Shown one piece after another: positions 52,047 to 60,365 of a stretch of 64,000 nt of DNA. A program made the translations under genes and the position numbers. Location: assembly GCA_024277935.1 (NCBI GenBank), contig JAJRUF010000190.1, positions 495 to 64,494 on the forward strand, in the 5' to 3' direction. Source of the DNA: Gammaproteobacteria bacterium. GTDB taxonomy: Bacteria > Pseudomonadota > Gammaproteobacteria > Methylococcales > Methylomonadaceae. The stretch's first letter is position 1; the number at the start of each line of letters is the position of its first letter. Below the pieces are notes generated by a model. That model did no database searches, was not told where the DNA came from, and saw nothing but the letters and a program-made list of their open reading frames with translations.

Positions 52047-52507
52047 GAAAATAGTAACTTATCTCTATATCTTGTACGGTGGTTACCCCATACATCTCAA
52101 TACTTAATTGATGCGACAAAAGTAGAGACCTCGACAAGTAAGTAATAAAAATAATATTTTGAATTAAAAAACATTTTTGTTAATTTACATTTTCGCAGGC
52201 AAGATTAAATCTATAAGAAATTAATTAAACTATGTTATTTAACCTAGTCAATAAGGTTATTTCCCCTACTTTCTTACTTTTATGATTACCATCACCCACA
52301 GTGTATAAATTGTAGCGTGGGTTTTAGTCCGCAATAACGGGTACAAGCTGCGCCTGGCGAGTATTACGTCATCCAGGTATATTTCACGAGCTGAAGTTTA
52401 TGGGTGACTTTATTTCTTCAGACTCCCTATAAAGGCTATCTTTAAAACATTATCCTAAATTAACTAATTCGCTAAATATCAGTTTATTTAGTCCACATTA
52501 CAAACTA

Positions 52508-52523
52508 TGGCACTTAAATTGCT
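52508..52523 (+). promoter_or_regulatory. Candidate sigma-54 promoter for the first long di-heme peroxidase gene
   Basis: TGGCACTTAAATTGCT matches TGGCAC-N5-TTGC exactly, about 190 nt upstream of ATG 52713. Confidence 0.6.
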
Positions 52524-52712
52524 TATCCGCATAATAAGTTTACTTTTCTGGAAAGTGAATACGCAAATAAAAGCTGGCATTTTCATTACAAAGGAAGGAG
52601 GTCCTTCTTGACCCTCGCTCAAGGAGATACAAAATCAAAAGCTTACAACTTTCTTATTTAAGAGTTTTTGTAAGCTTTACAATTTAAATAGATTATAGTT
52701 TTGAGGTATAAC

Positions 52713-54935
52713 ATGCGGTTTAACAAAAAAATCATTATTGCCTGTTTGCTACTGCCTACACAGTACGCATTTGCTCACGGCCCAATCCCTGTTTCTCTAA
52801 AAGCAGCTCCTATTCCTCCCGTCCCAGGGTTATTAACCGGTCCATCACCTATCGTTGTTAATCAAGCAAAGGCTATTGCATTGGGTAAGGCATTATTCTG
52901 GGATATGGCGGCAGGTAGTGATGGCATAGCTTGTGCCTCTTGTCATTTTCATGCAGGTGCTGACCAGCGCACAAAAAACCAGCTTGATCCAGGACAAAGA
53001 ACTAACTCACCGACTGCCTCTACATTTGAAACACTTATTTCAGGCGCGGCAGGTGGGCCAAATTATACTTTACACCTATCTGATTTCCCTTTTCACCAGC
53101 GTAGCGATGTATTCGATTCAAACAGTACGGTTACTTTTAATACTGATGATACGGTTTCTTCAGCAGGGCCCTTTGGTCAAATTTTTCAGGCTGTTAAACA
53201 TTTTGGCAACACTAATGATAATTGCACACCGAATGTAGACCCTGTATTTCAGGTAAATAATATTGGCACCCGCCGTATTGTCCCTCGCAACACACCGTCT
53301 GTTATTAACGCTGTCTTTAATCATAGGAATTTTTGGGACGGCAGGGCAAACAATGTATTTAATGGTAGTAGCCCTTGGGGTGACCGAGATCCAAATGCTG
53401 GGATCTGGGTTAAAATTAATGGCCGCAAAGTAGTCAAACAAAAATTACAATTAATTAACTCAGCATTAGCATCACAAGCACTTGCCCCAGCATTAAGCGA
53501 TGTTGAAATGAGCTGTCAACACCGGACATTTGCTGATATAGGCCGCAAATTATTAATGCGTAGACCCTTGGAACACCAAAAAGTCCATTTTCAGGATAGT
53601 GTTTTAGCAGCCTACAGCTCTAGCACTCAGGGAAACTTGCAACAAGGCTTAAATACCACTTATGGGGCATTAATTCGTGCTGCATTTAATAGAAAATATT
53701 GGTCGTATCGCCGCCGTGACCCTTTTGGCAGCCCCACAAGTGGACTACCCTTCACCCAGATGGAGGCTAATTTTTCATTATTTTTTGGCTTGGCGATTCA
53801 ACTCTATGAATCAACCTTAATTTCTGATGATGCACCTATCGACCGAGCCAGTCGAGATCCTGTCACCTATTTACCGACCGACCTTGGTGATTCTGTAAAA
53901 AGAGGCATGGCTGCTTTTGAAGAATTCCATTGCAATATATGTCATTCAGGCCCTACTTTGTCTGCAAATGCGATTATTACAAACGCACAAATGTTAGAAA
54001 ATAACCCTACAGTTTTTAATTCTAACAATTTTTCTCAAGGAGGATCAAATGGTGTCGCAATCAATCGCAATGTCGTGAACTATGATAATGCGGTGGGTTC
54101 TAAGTTTTTTGATACGGGCTTTGCAAACACTGGCGTACAAGATCCTTCTGGCGACCCTGGAGTCAATGGAACTGATGATTTTGGTAACTCATTATCATAC
54201 GCTGATCAATATGCAGAGTATTTAGCAGTAACAGCCAATGCAATTATTGATACGGCCGTTGGAATTGAAGCAGTTAAGGCTTGTAACTTCCAGTCTTTGC
54301 TAGCAACCCAAAGAACATTTCCATTTGTAATGACGCAGTTTTTCAATAACCCTGCTGATATTACTCCAGACCCTAACGGTTCTGCTAACTGTTTTAACAG
54401 TGGATCTCTTGATGCTTTTATTCCTACTCAGGCTGCGGCTGCGGCAGAATTAGCCAACCCTGCCAGCAAAAAAATGGCCTTTGCAACGCAAGCCGCCTTT
54501 AAAGTTCCTAGCTTGAGAAATGTTGAACTCACAGGACCTTATATGCACAATGGCGGCATGGCAACACTAGAACAGGTTATTGAGTTTTATACACGAGGTG
54601 GAAATTTTCCAAATAATTTCACCCATCAATTTGTGACCTCTCTACCTTTATTTGGTACAGACCCCGTTATTAATGCTGCAACTATACAAAAGAGAAAAGA
54701 TATTATTGCATTTCTTAAATCATTAACCGATGGACGCGTGCGTTATGAACGTGCCCCCTTTGACCACCCAGAACTCATAGTTCCAAATGGTCATATAGGT
54801 GATGAGACGAATGTTACTGCTGGAAATTCCTTAGGCGGTGCATTTGCACAAGATATATTAATGACAATACCTGCTGTAGGGGCAAATGGAAAGGCAACAC
54901 CTCTCCAGGCATTCAAAGATGTTTTAGCACCTTAA
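52713..54935 (+). CDS. Long-form di-heme cytochrome c peroxidase/MauG-family protein (CCP1)
   Basis: About 740 aa with a signal peptide. CASCH (codon at 52932) and CNICH (53931). FWDGRAN and PSLRNVELTGPYMHNGG motifs. The listed ORF starts 12 nt earlier at TTG. Confidence 0.85.
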   Translation: MRFNKKIIIACLLLPTQYAFAHGPIPVSLKAAPIPPVPGLLTGPSPIVVNQAKAIALGKALFWDMAAGSDGIACASCHFHAGADQRTKNQLDPGQRTNSPTASTFETLISGAAGGPNYTLHLSDFPFHQRSDVFDSNSTVTFNTDDTVSSAGPFGQIFQAVKHFGNTNDNCTPNVDPVFQVNNIGTRRIVPRNTPSVINAVFNHRNFWDGRANNVFNGSSPWGDRDPNAGIWVKINGRKVVKQKLQLINSALASQALAPALSDVEMSCQHRTFADIGRKLLMRRPLEHQKVHFQDSVLAAYSSSTQGNLQQGLNTTYGALIRAAFNRKYWSYRRRDPFGSPTSGLPFTQMEANFSLFFGLAIQLYESTLISDDAPIDRASRDPVTYLPTDLGDSVKRGMAAFEEFHCNICHSGPTLSANAIITNAQMLENNPTVFNSNNFSQGGSNGVAINRNVVNYDNAVGSKFFDTGFANTGVQDPSGDPGVNGTDDFGNSLSYADQYAEYLAVTANAIIDTAVGIEAVKACNFQSLLATQRTFPFVMTQFFNNPADITPDPNGSANCFNSGSLDAFIPTQAAAAAELANPASKKMAFATQAAFKVPSLRNVELTGPYMHNGGMATLEQVIEFYTRGGNFPNNFTHQFVTSLPLFGTDPVINAATIQKRKDIIAFLKSLTDGRVRYERAPFDHPELIVPNGHIGDETNVTAGNSLGGAFAQDILMTIPAVGANGKATPLQAFKDVLAP

Positions 54936-54983
54936 AGTATTGCAACACTACAACTAAGCACTTTTTTAAAATTATTAGCTCTC

Positions 54984-55066
54984 GTTCCCACGCTCCAGCG
55001 TGGGAATGCATACCGTGCCTAACAAAAGTAACGTATGCATTCCCACCGAGGATGGCGGGAATGAGC
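54984..55066. repeat. Nested palindromic repeat
   Basis: TTCCCACGC-tcca-GCGTGGGAA, GGGAATGCATAC...GTATGCATTCCC and CATTCCCACC...GGCGGGAATG. The segment GGGAATGCATACCGTGCCTAACAAAAGT recurs at 56044-56076. Confidence 0.7.
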
Positions 55067-55085
55067 AACATTTAGGAATTTTACC

Positions 55086-55871
55086 ATGAATTTTTTTTCC
55101 ACCCATAAAAAAACCTTACCCCCCCTAGCCGTAGTAGGTTTACTTGCTTTAGGCTTACAACCCGTTAGTGCAAACAGTGTGTTTTCTACTGACTCCACTG
55201 TTACATTAACTTTTAACAGTATCACTAGTAGCTCAAGTAATACTTCGGGATTAAGTATAAGTGGCTTATTTGAAATTGGCGTTCCTACTAACGATCCTTT
55301 TGCACAACCACCAGCAACCCTCGGGTTTGGCAATACTTTTACAGGTGACGGCCAATCCAGTTACTCATATACAGGCGCAGCCCTACCACTTACAGTTAAT
55401 GCTGGCGACAGTTTTATTCAGTCTTTTAGTGCGTCAGGCGGTTCTGGAAACGGTACTATTAATTCTTATTACCAATCTTATGGAACATTTGATTTTGCAA
55501 ATAACTCCGCATCCGATACCTATACTATAAACTTCAGCCTTGATTATTCTTTAGATGCATTTGCAACGGGCAGTGCTTCTCAATCTCAAGCGTCAATTGA
55601 TTATTCTGATGACTTGGGCTTTATATTTGGCAGTGACCAAGCTACTGCCAATGCCCAAAATAACACTCATAGCACTAAAAACCCTGGGGCTTTAACTTTT
55701 AATATGGTATTAAACCCAGGAGACTCTAACATCTTTTATGCTGATATTGCCTTAACAGGGTCTGCCGCCAGTACATCACCAGTACCTTTACCTGCTACAT
55801 TGTGGTTATTTTTATCTGCTGTTATTGGCTTGCGAGGGTACAAAAGCAGAGCAATACAAGCTCATAGTTAA
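55086..55871 (+). CDS. Secreted PEP-CTERM-type protein (P2), VPLPA variant anchor
   Basis: 261 aa with a signal peptide (...LQPVSA). Ser/Thr/Gly/Asn-rich body. C-terminus SPVPLPATLWLFLSAVIGLRGYKSR. Confidence 0.75.
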   Translation: MNFFSTHKKTLPPLAVVGLLALGLQPVSANSVFSTDSTVTLTFNSITSSSSNTSGLSISGLFEIGVPTNDPFAQPPATLGFGNTFTGDGQSSYSYTGAALPLTVNAGDSFIQSFSASGGSGNGTINSYYQSYGTFDFANNSASDTYTINFSLDYSLDAFATGSASQSQASIDYSDDLGFIFGSDQATANAQNNTHSTKNPGALTFNMVLNPGDSNIFYADIALTGSAASTSPVPLPATLWLFLSAVIGLRGYKSRAIQAHS

Positions 55872-55909
55872 AACAGCCAAGTTATTTTCTCTCATTTCCA
55901 CACTCCTGC

Positions 55910-56034
55910 GTCACTGCCATTAACTTAAGCGTTTCGCGTATAGGATGTGCTGACGACAGGCAGCGCATCAATGATACAAAGATGCGCTTCGTACCGCTGT
56001 ACACCCGGTTTTTCCTGAAGTCAATGGCAGTGAC
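55910..56034. repeat. Inverted-repeat element carrying a nested copy of the GTAGGATGTGCTG... palindrome
   Basis: The outer 12-bp inverted repeat is GTCACTGCCATT / AATGGCAGTGAC. The inner palindrome at 55938-56006 is a degenerate member of the 31532 family. Confidence 0.6.
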
Positions 56035-56042
56035 ACCCCTGC

Positions 56043-56447
56043 ATGGGAGTGCATACCGTGCCTGACAAAAGTGATGCTAGTGTTCCTGATACAACTGGTG
56101 TGTACATTGGTTGCGGAAGTACTAATGCTTGCCTAACGAATACCGCTTTATTTGATAATTTTCTAGCTGATAATTATTGGACAGGCTCAGAAATAGACAC
56201 TACTTTTGCTTGGAGTTTTAATGCTCAACATGGGATTCAAACACCCTTCGATGGAAAGGCTAACTTATTTTATGCTTGGGCAGTTCGCTCCGGAGATGTA
56301 GCAACTGTCCCTCTACCTGGCACATTCTGGCTGTACTTGTTTTGCTTAATGAGTTTAACTGCTTTTCTTATTCATACTCGCTATACAGGAGTGCCATCAA
56401 AAGATACCGTAGCGCGGCTAGAAATCTGCTTACCACGTAGCGCGTAG
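56043..56447 (+). pseudogene. C-terminal fragment of a DUF1566-like protein with a PEP-CTERM-type anchor (P3)
   Basis: It has no signal peptide, and the first ~12 codons lie inside a repeat copy. NYWTGSE...AWSFNAQHG...LFYAWAVRSGDV resembles the end of a DUF1566 domain. This is followed by VPLPGTFWLYLFCLMSLTAFLIHTRY and an unusually long tail. Confidence 0.45.
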
Positions 56448-56672
56448 TAAACTAGTACAGCAGAATCATTTTGTAGGGTGGGCAGTCTTTTTTGCCCACC
56501 GTTGCATAATTCAATTTATTGCGAGGCAGAAAAAGGCTGTCCGAGAAGCATCTTCGTCATAGCAACATCAAACTGTGTCATATCACACAAAGTCATGGCA
56601 TATAACACAAAAACTTGTTCCACCTCACACTTTAATATAAAAAAACCACCAGTAATAGACCTTTAACTTTAT

Positions 56673-56688
56673 TGGCATTAAATATGCT
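56673..56688 (+). promoter_or_regulatory. Candidate sigma-54 promoter upstream of P4
   Basis: TGGCATTAAATATGCT (GG-N10-GC) is nearly identical to the P1 site, but it lies 320 nt upstream of the P4 ATG. A second site at 56922-56938 (TGGCATTAAATATTGCC) has N11 spacing. Confidence 0.4.
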
Positions 56689-57007
56689 TATCTAAATATG
56701 ATTTATTTTTAAACTGTGCTTTAGTATCGAATCAACGTATTTAGCAAAGGTTTAAGAGTTGTCAGTACCACACTCGTAGCAATGCGAGACCGGAAAGCCG
56801 TGGAGCTCATTGAGTTAGCCAGGCTACTCTCTTTTATCGAAGAGATGAGTGGGAAGCAAATCATTTTCGAAGTTGAATAGGCTTCCCACAAAACCACTTT
56901 ATTACATTTGAATATTTCTGCTGGCATTAAATATTGCCGGAACAAATGTTTTAAAACGTTACAACACCCTATTGGATTTAGCAATTAATTTTGAGGTTTA
57001 AAACATA

Positions 57008-57835
57008 ATGAAACAACTTTCTACAACATTTAAAGTATCACTGGCAGCTGCAGCTCTTGTAATAAGCAGTAATGCAATGGCTGGTCTCGTTTCTCCAACA
57101 CCTGGAGCTAATTGGGACGGCGGTAATAATCATTTAATGATGGCCGGTTCCACTATTTCTGCATCAAATCAAACAGCAAATCGGGAGTCTTATACTGGCA
57201 ATCCAAGTCTTGATAATGCCGCTTGGGGGCACGTAGGCTATTGGTATACTTTTATGAACCATCACGCCTTGGATACCACAGTTTCGGTTGATTCAGCTAT
57301 GTCAGATCTTGGTATGACAGTATGGCGCACTAACGGGGAGTTTGATGGCGGCACCCAGTCTTCAGGTGAACTATCATCAGCAGGAGTAGGCATACCTCAC
57401 TCATTTAATCAGACGGGAAATGCGGGTGACTCTGGCACCAAATGGATGACAGATAGCTCATTAATGACAGCTGATCCATTAAATACAGGTACAGCCAACG
57501 GTATCCTTGAAACCTTAGGTTATGTCAACTCGGGGGCTGCACAGTCAATAAATGGTTGGGGCAACTCTGTTGGTCACGGTGCATTTGATACCAGTTTAAC
57601 TAACACCTATGAAACTGGCGTTACAGGTACTGCAACTGCTGGACATATTGACCTAACTTTATCAAACCTTGCTAATGGCTGGTACGTAGTCTTTATCGGT
57701 GGAACTAATCACACTCAATCTTCGCACAATATTAATTTAACCGTATCGCAAGTACCTGCACCTGCAGCAGTCTATTTATTTGGAAGCGCTTTAGTAGGGT
57801 TAATATCTGTAGGGCGCAAACGAAACGCGGCTTAA
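57008..57835 (+). CDS. Secreted PEP-CTERM-type protein (P4), VPAPA variant anchor
   Basis: 275 aa with a signal peptide (...SSNAMA). C-terminus VPAPAAVYLFGSALVGLISVGRKRN. Confidence 0.75.
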   Translation: MKQLSTTFKVSLAAAALVISSNAMAGLVSPTPGANWDGGNNHLMMAGSTISASNQTANRESYTGNPSLDNAAWGHVGYWYTFMNHHALDTTVSVDSAMSDLGMTVWRTNGEFDGGTQSSGELSSAGVGIPHSFNQTGNAGDSGTKWMTDSSLMTADPLNTGTANGILETLGYVNSGAAQSINGWGNSVGHGAFDTSLTNTYETGVTGTATAGHIDLTLSNLANGWYVVFIGGTNHTQSSHNINLTVSQVPAPAAVYLFGSALVGLISVGRKRNAA

Positions 57836-58052
57836 TTTATTTATCAGATCAGGATCTATTCACAAATTAAGCTGAGTAGATTCTGATTCTCCTTAACCAC
57901 CACTCACCTGAAACTCGGTAAAATACATACAACTCCTTACCTCGGAGTCATCCATTCTACCTTTTAAAAGTACGACACTAGGAATGGATAGCCTAGATTA
58001 TTATAGTAATAGCGTGTGTTTTTTAGAGACATCACTATCCTTGGAGTTATAA

Positions 58053-60272
58053 ATGTTTGTTCACTCTAAATTTAATTTTTTACCCTTTTCGCTACTAGCA
58101 CTCTTCCTGCTACAAGTTAATAGTGCAGTAGAAGCCGCTGCACCAGGCCCTATCCCTATCAATTTAAGCACCCTACCTGTACCACCCACCCCCGGCTTAA
58201 GCAACGGATCAGATCCAATTGTTATTGATCTACAAAAAGCCATTATTCTTGGTAAAGCTTTATTTTGGGATACTAATGTAGGCAGTGATGGTATGGCTTG
58301 TGCTTCTTGTCATTTTCATGCAGGTGCAGATGTAAGAGTTAAAAACCAAATATCCCCAGGAGGAAAGTCAACACCGCCTCAAGCACAGTTATTTGATAAT
58401 TCCACTTCAGGCGACTTAATTAATGCCAACCATATTTTAAAAAAATCAGACTTCCCTTTTTACCAACTCCAGCAACCACTGGACCCTAACTCTCCCACCA
58501 TTCATAACAGTGATGATGTGGTTTCATCTGCTGGCTCATTCGGCGGTCAATTTAAGGGTATAGATCTTTACGGTAGCAATGTGGATGATTGTCTAAGAAA
58601 CGCTGATCCAGTATTTCATGTTGGTAGTACAGGCACTCGTCGAGTGCAACCTAGAAACACTCCAACAGTTATTAACGCGGTCTTTAATTATCGTAATTTT
58701 TGGGATGGCCGAGCAAACAATATTTTTAATGGAAGTAGCCCTTGGGGTGATCGTGATACAAATGCGGGTATCTGGGTTAAAATCAATGGCCGTAGAGTTA
58801 TTAAAAAATCATTACACTTAATTAATTCATCCTTAGCATCACAAGCACTTGCGCCGCCCCTTAACAGCACAGAAATGAGTTGTGCGGGTCGAGTTTTTCC
58901 TGCTCTAGGCAGGAAGTTATTACAAAAAACACCATTACAGCAGCAGAAAGTAGATTTTCAAGACAGTGTTTTAGGTAGCTTAAGCAATAGCTCAGCAGGT
59001 GATATACAGCCTGGGTTAAATACAACGTATGGTGCGTTAATCCGCGCTGCTTTCAATAGAAAATATTGGTCTTATCGTCGTCGCGGCCCTTTTGGCTCAG
59101 CTCCCAACCAACTTCCTTATACTCAGATGGAAGCTAATTTTTCAATGTTTTTTGGTTTGGCTATTCAGTTATACGAAAGTACCTTAATTTCTGATCAATC
59201 ACGTTTTGACCTAAGTGCACGCGATGAAACAGGAATGCCAACTCAATTAACTGCATCAGAAATGAATGGCTTAGAACAGTTCCGGCTGAATCAGTGCGCC
59301 CTTTGCCATATTGGTCCTAATTTTACCGCTACATCAATTGCTGCAAATGCGGCTATTGCAAAGACACACCCTGAAGCTTTTGGTGATGCTTCCAGCTCCA
59401 TCAGTACAAGCAGCAATGTTGTAAACCGTATTTTAACAGCGCGTTCAGTAGCCATGTTCGACAGTGGTTTTGCTTCAACTGGAGTTACCGAAACCACTTC
59501 TGATATAGGTGTTGGAGGCACAGATCCTTTCGGCAATCCTTTATCATTTTCATTACAATATATACAACACCTCACCGGTAACAATACTGCAGTTGTTGAC
59601 GCTGATGTTTTTAATGTCCGCTCATGTGATTTCCAGGAAGCATTTGCTGTCAATGTAACTTTTCCATTCCCTATCACCAAATTTTTTACCGCTGCCGATG
59701 ATTTAATCCCTCAGCCTCAAAATACAATTGACTGCTATTTACAAGTAAACAGTGCATTTTTACCCTCTCCCTCTACGGCCTTGGCTGAATTAAATAAGCC
59801 TAATAGTTTAAAGCTAACTACGGCTGTAAACGGTGCGTTCAAAATACCTTCTTTACGAAATATTGAGCTAACAGGTCCCTATATGCATAATGGTGGCTTG
59901 GCATCACTGGAACAAGTTATTGAGTTTTATGCCCGAGGTGGAAATTTTAACCCTCCAGCTAAGCAGTCAGTGAAAGTATTTCCACTGGCGCTTTTAACAT
60001 CTGATACGGCTGCTGCACAAAACCGTGCCGACTTGATTGCTTTTTTAAAGACCTTAACTGACGAACGAGTCAAATATGAAAAAGCACCCTTTGACCACCC
60101 AGAAATCAAGATTCCCCACGGCCATGTAGGAGACGAATTTTCAGTAGTCAATGGAAACCCAATTGCAGCTGCTAGTGATTTAGCTGAGGATGAGTTCATA
60201 ACAATCAATGCCGTGGGTGCGTCTGGACGTTCAACACCGTTAAAAGCCTTTGATAGTCTGTTAGCTCCTTAG
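58053..60272 (+). CDS. Long-form di-heme cytochrome c peroxidase/MauG-family protein (CCP2), paralogue of CCP1
   Basis: 739 aa with a signal peptide. CASCH and CALCH. FWDGRAN and PSLRNIELTGPYMHNGG motifs. It shares long identical peptide runs with CCP1. Confidence 0.85.
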   Translation: MFVHSKFNFLPFSLLALFLLQVNSAVEAAAPGPIPINLSTLPVPPTPGLSNGSDPIVIDLQKAIILGKALFWDTNVGSDGMACASCHFHAGADVRVKNQISPGGKSTPPQAQLFDNSTSGDLINANHILKKSDFPFYQLQQPLDPNSPTIHNSDDVVSSAGSFGGQFKGIDLYGSNVDDCLRNADPVFHVGSTGTRRVQPRNTPTVINAVFNYRNFWDGRANNIFNGSSPWGDRDTNAGIWVKINGRRVIKKSLHLINSSLASQALAPPLNSTEMSCAGRVFPALGRKLLQKTPLQQQKVDFQDSVLGSLSNSSAGDIQPGLNTTYGALIRAAFNRKYWSYRRRGPFGSAPNQLPYTQMEANFSMFFGLAIQLYESTLISDQSRFDLSARDETGMPTQLTASEMNGLEQFRLNQCALCHIGPNFTATSIAANAAIAKTHPEAFGDASSSISTSSNVVNRILTARSVAMFDSGFASTGVTETTSDIGVGGTDPFGNPLSFSLQYIQHLTGNNTAVVDADVFNVRSCDFQEAFAVNVTFPFPITKFFTAADDLIPQPQNTIDCYLQVNSAFLPSPSTALAELNKPNSLKLTTAVNGAFKIPSLRNIELTGPYMHNGGLASLEQVIEFYARGGNFNPPAKQSVKVFPLALLTSDTAAAQNRADLIAFLKTLTDERVKYEKAPFDHPEIKIPHGHVGDEFSVVNGNPIAAASDLAEDEFITINAVGASGRSTPLKAFDSLLAP

Positions 60273-60365
60273 GATTAAACCTCCTCCTTATGCACTTAGA
60301 GAGAGGGTGAGGATAAATAAAATCAACTATAGAAGCTGACTTTTTATATAGAGAGGCGATCTTAA

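Noticed and set aside
52575-52592. A further TGGCA element (CTGGCATTTTCATTACA) upstream of CCP1 as a sigma-54 promoter.
   Set aside because: The -12 position reads AC rather than GC at the required spacing. The perfect site at 52508 is the better candidate.
53040-53070. LISGAAG in CCP1 as an ApbE flavinylation site.
   Set aside because: The last residue is Ala rather than the Ser or Thr that receives FMN. The segment is also not conserved in the paralogue CCP2 (NSTSGDLIN).
55019-55333. A 104-aa minus-strand ORF spanning the nested repeat and the start of P2.
   Set aside because: It overlaps the signal-peptide region of a well-formed plus-strand gene and runs through a repeat element, and it has no motif.
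31532-56076. Whether the recurring palindromes could be a CRISPR array.
   Set aside because: The copies are kilobases apart, not separated by uniform short spacers. They are palindromic with long arms, and no cas genes are present.
56478-56984. ORFs 56478..56666 (+, 62 aa) and 56721..56984 (-, 87 aa) in the P3-P4 spacer.
   Set aside because: The first begins in a GTAGGGTGGGCA...TGCCCACC hairpin repeat and is Cys/Ser-rich. The second is only a relic frame sharing a short segment with another degenerate region. Neither has an RBS or a family signature.
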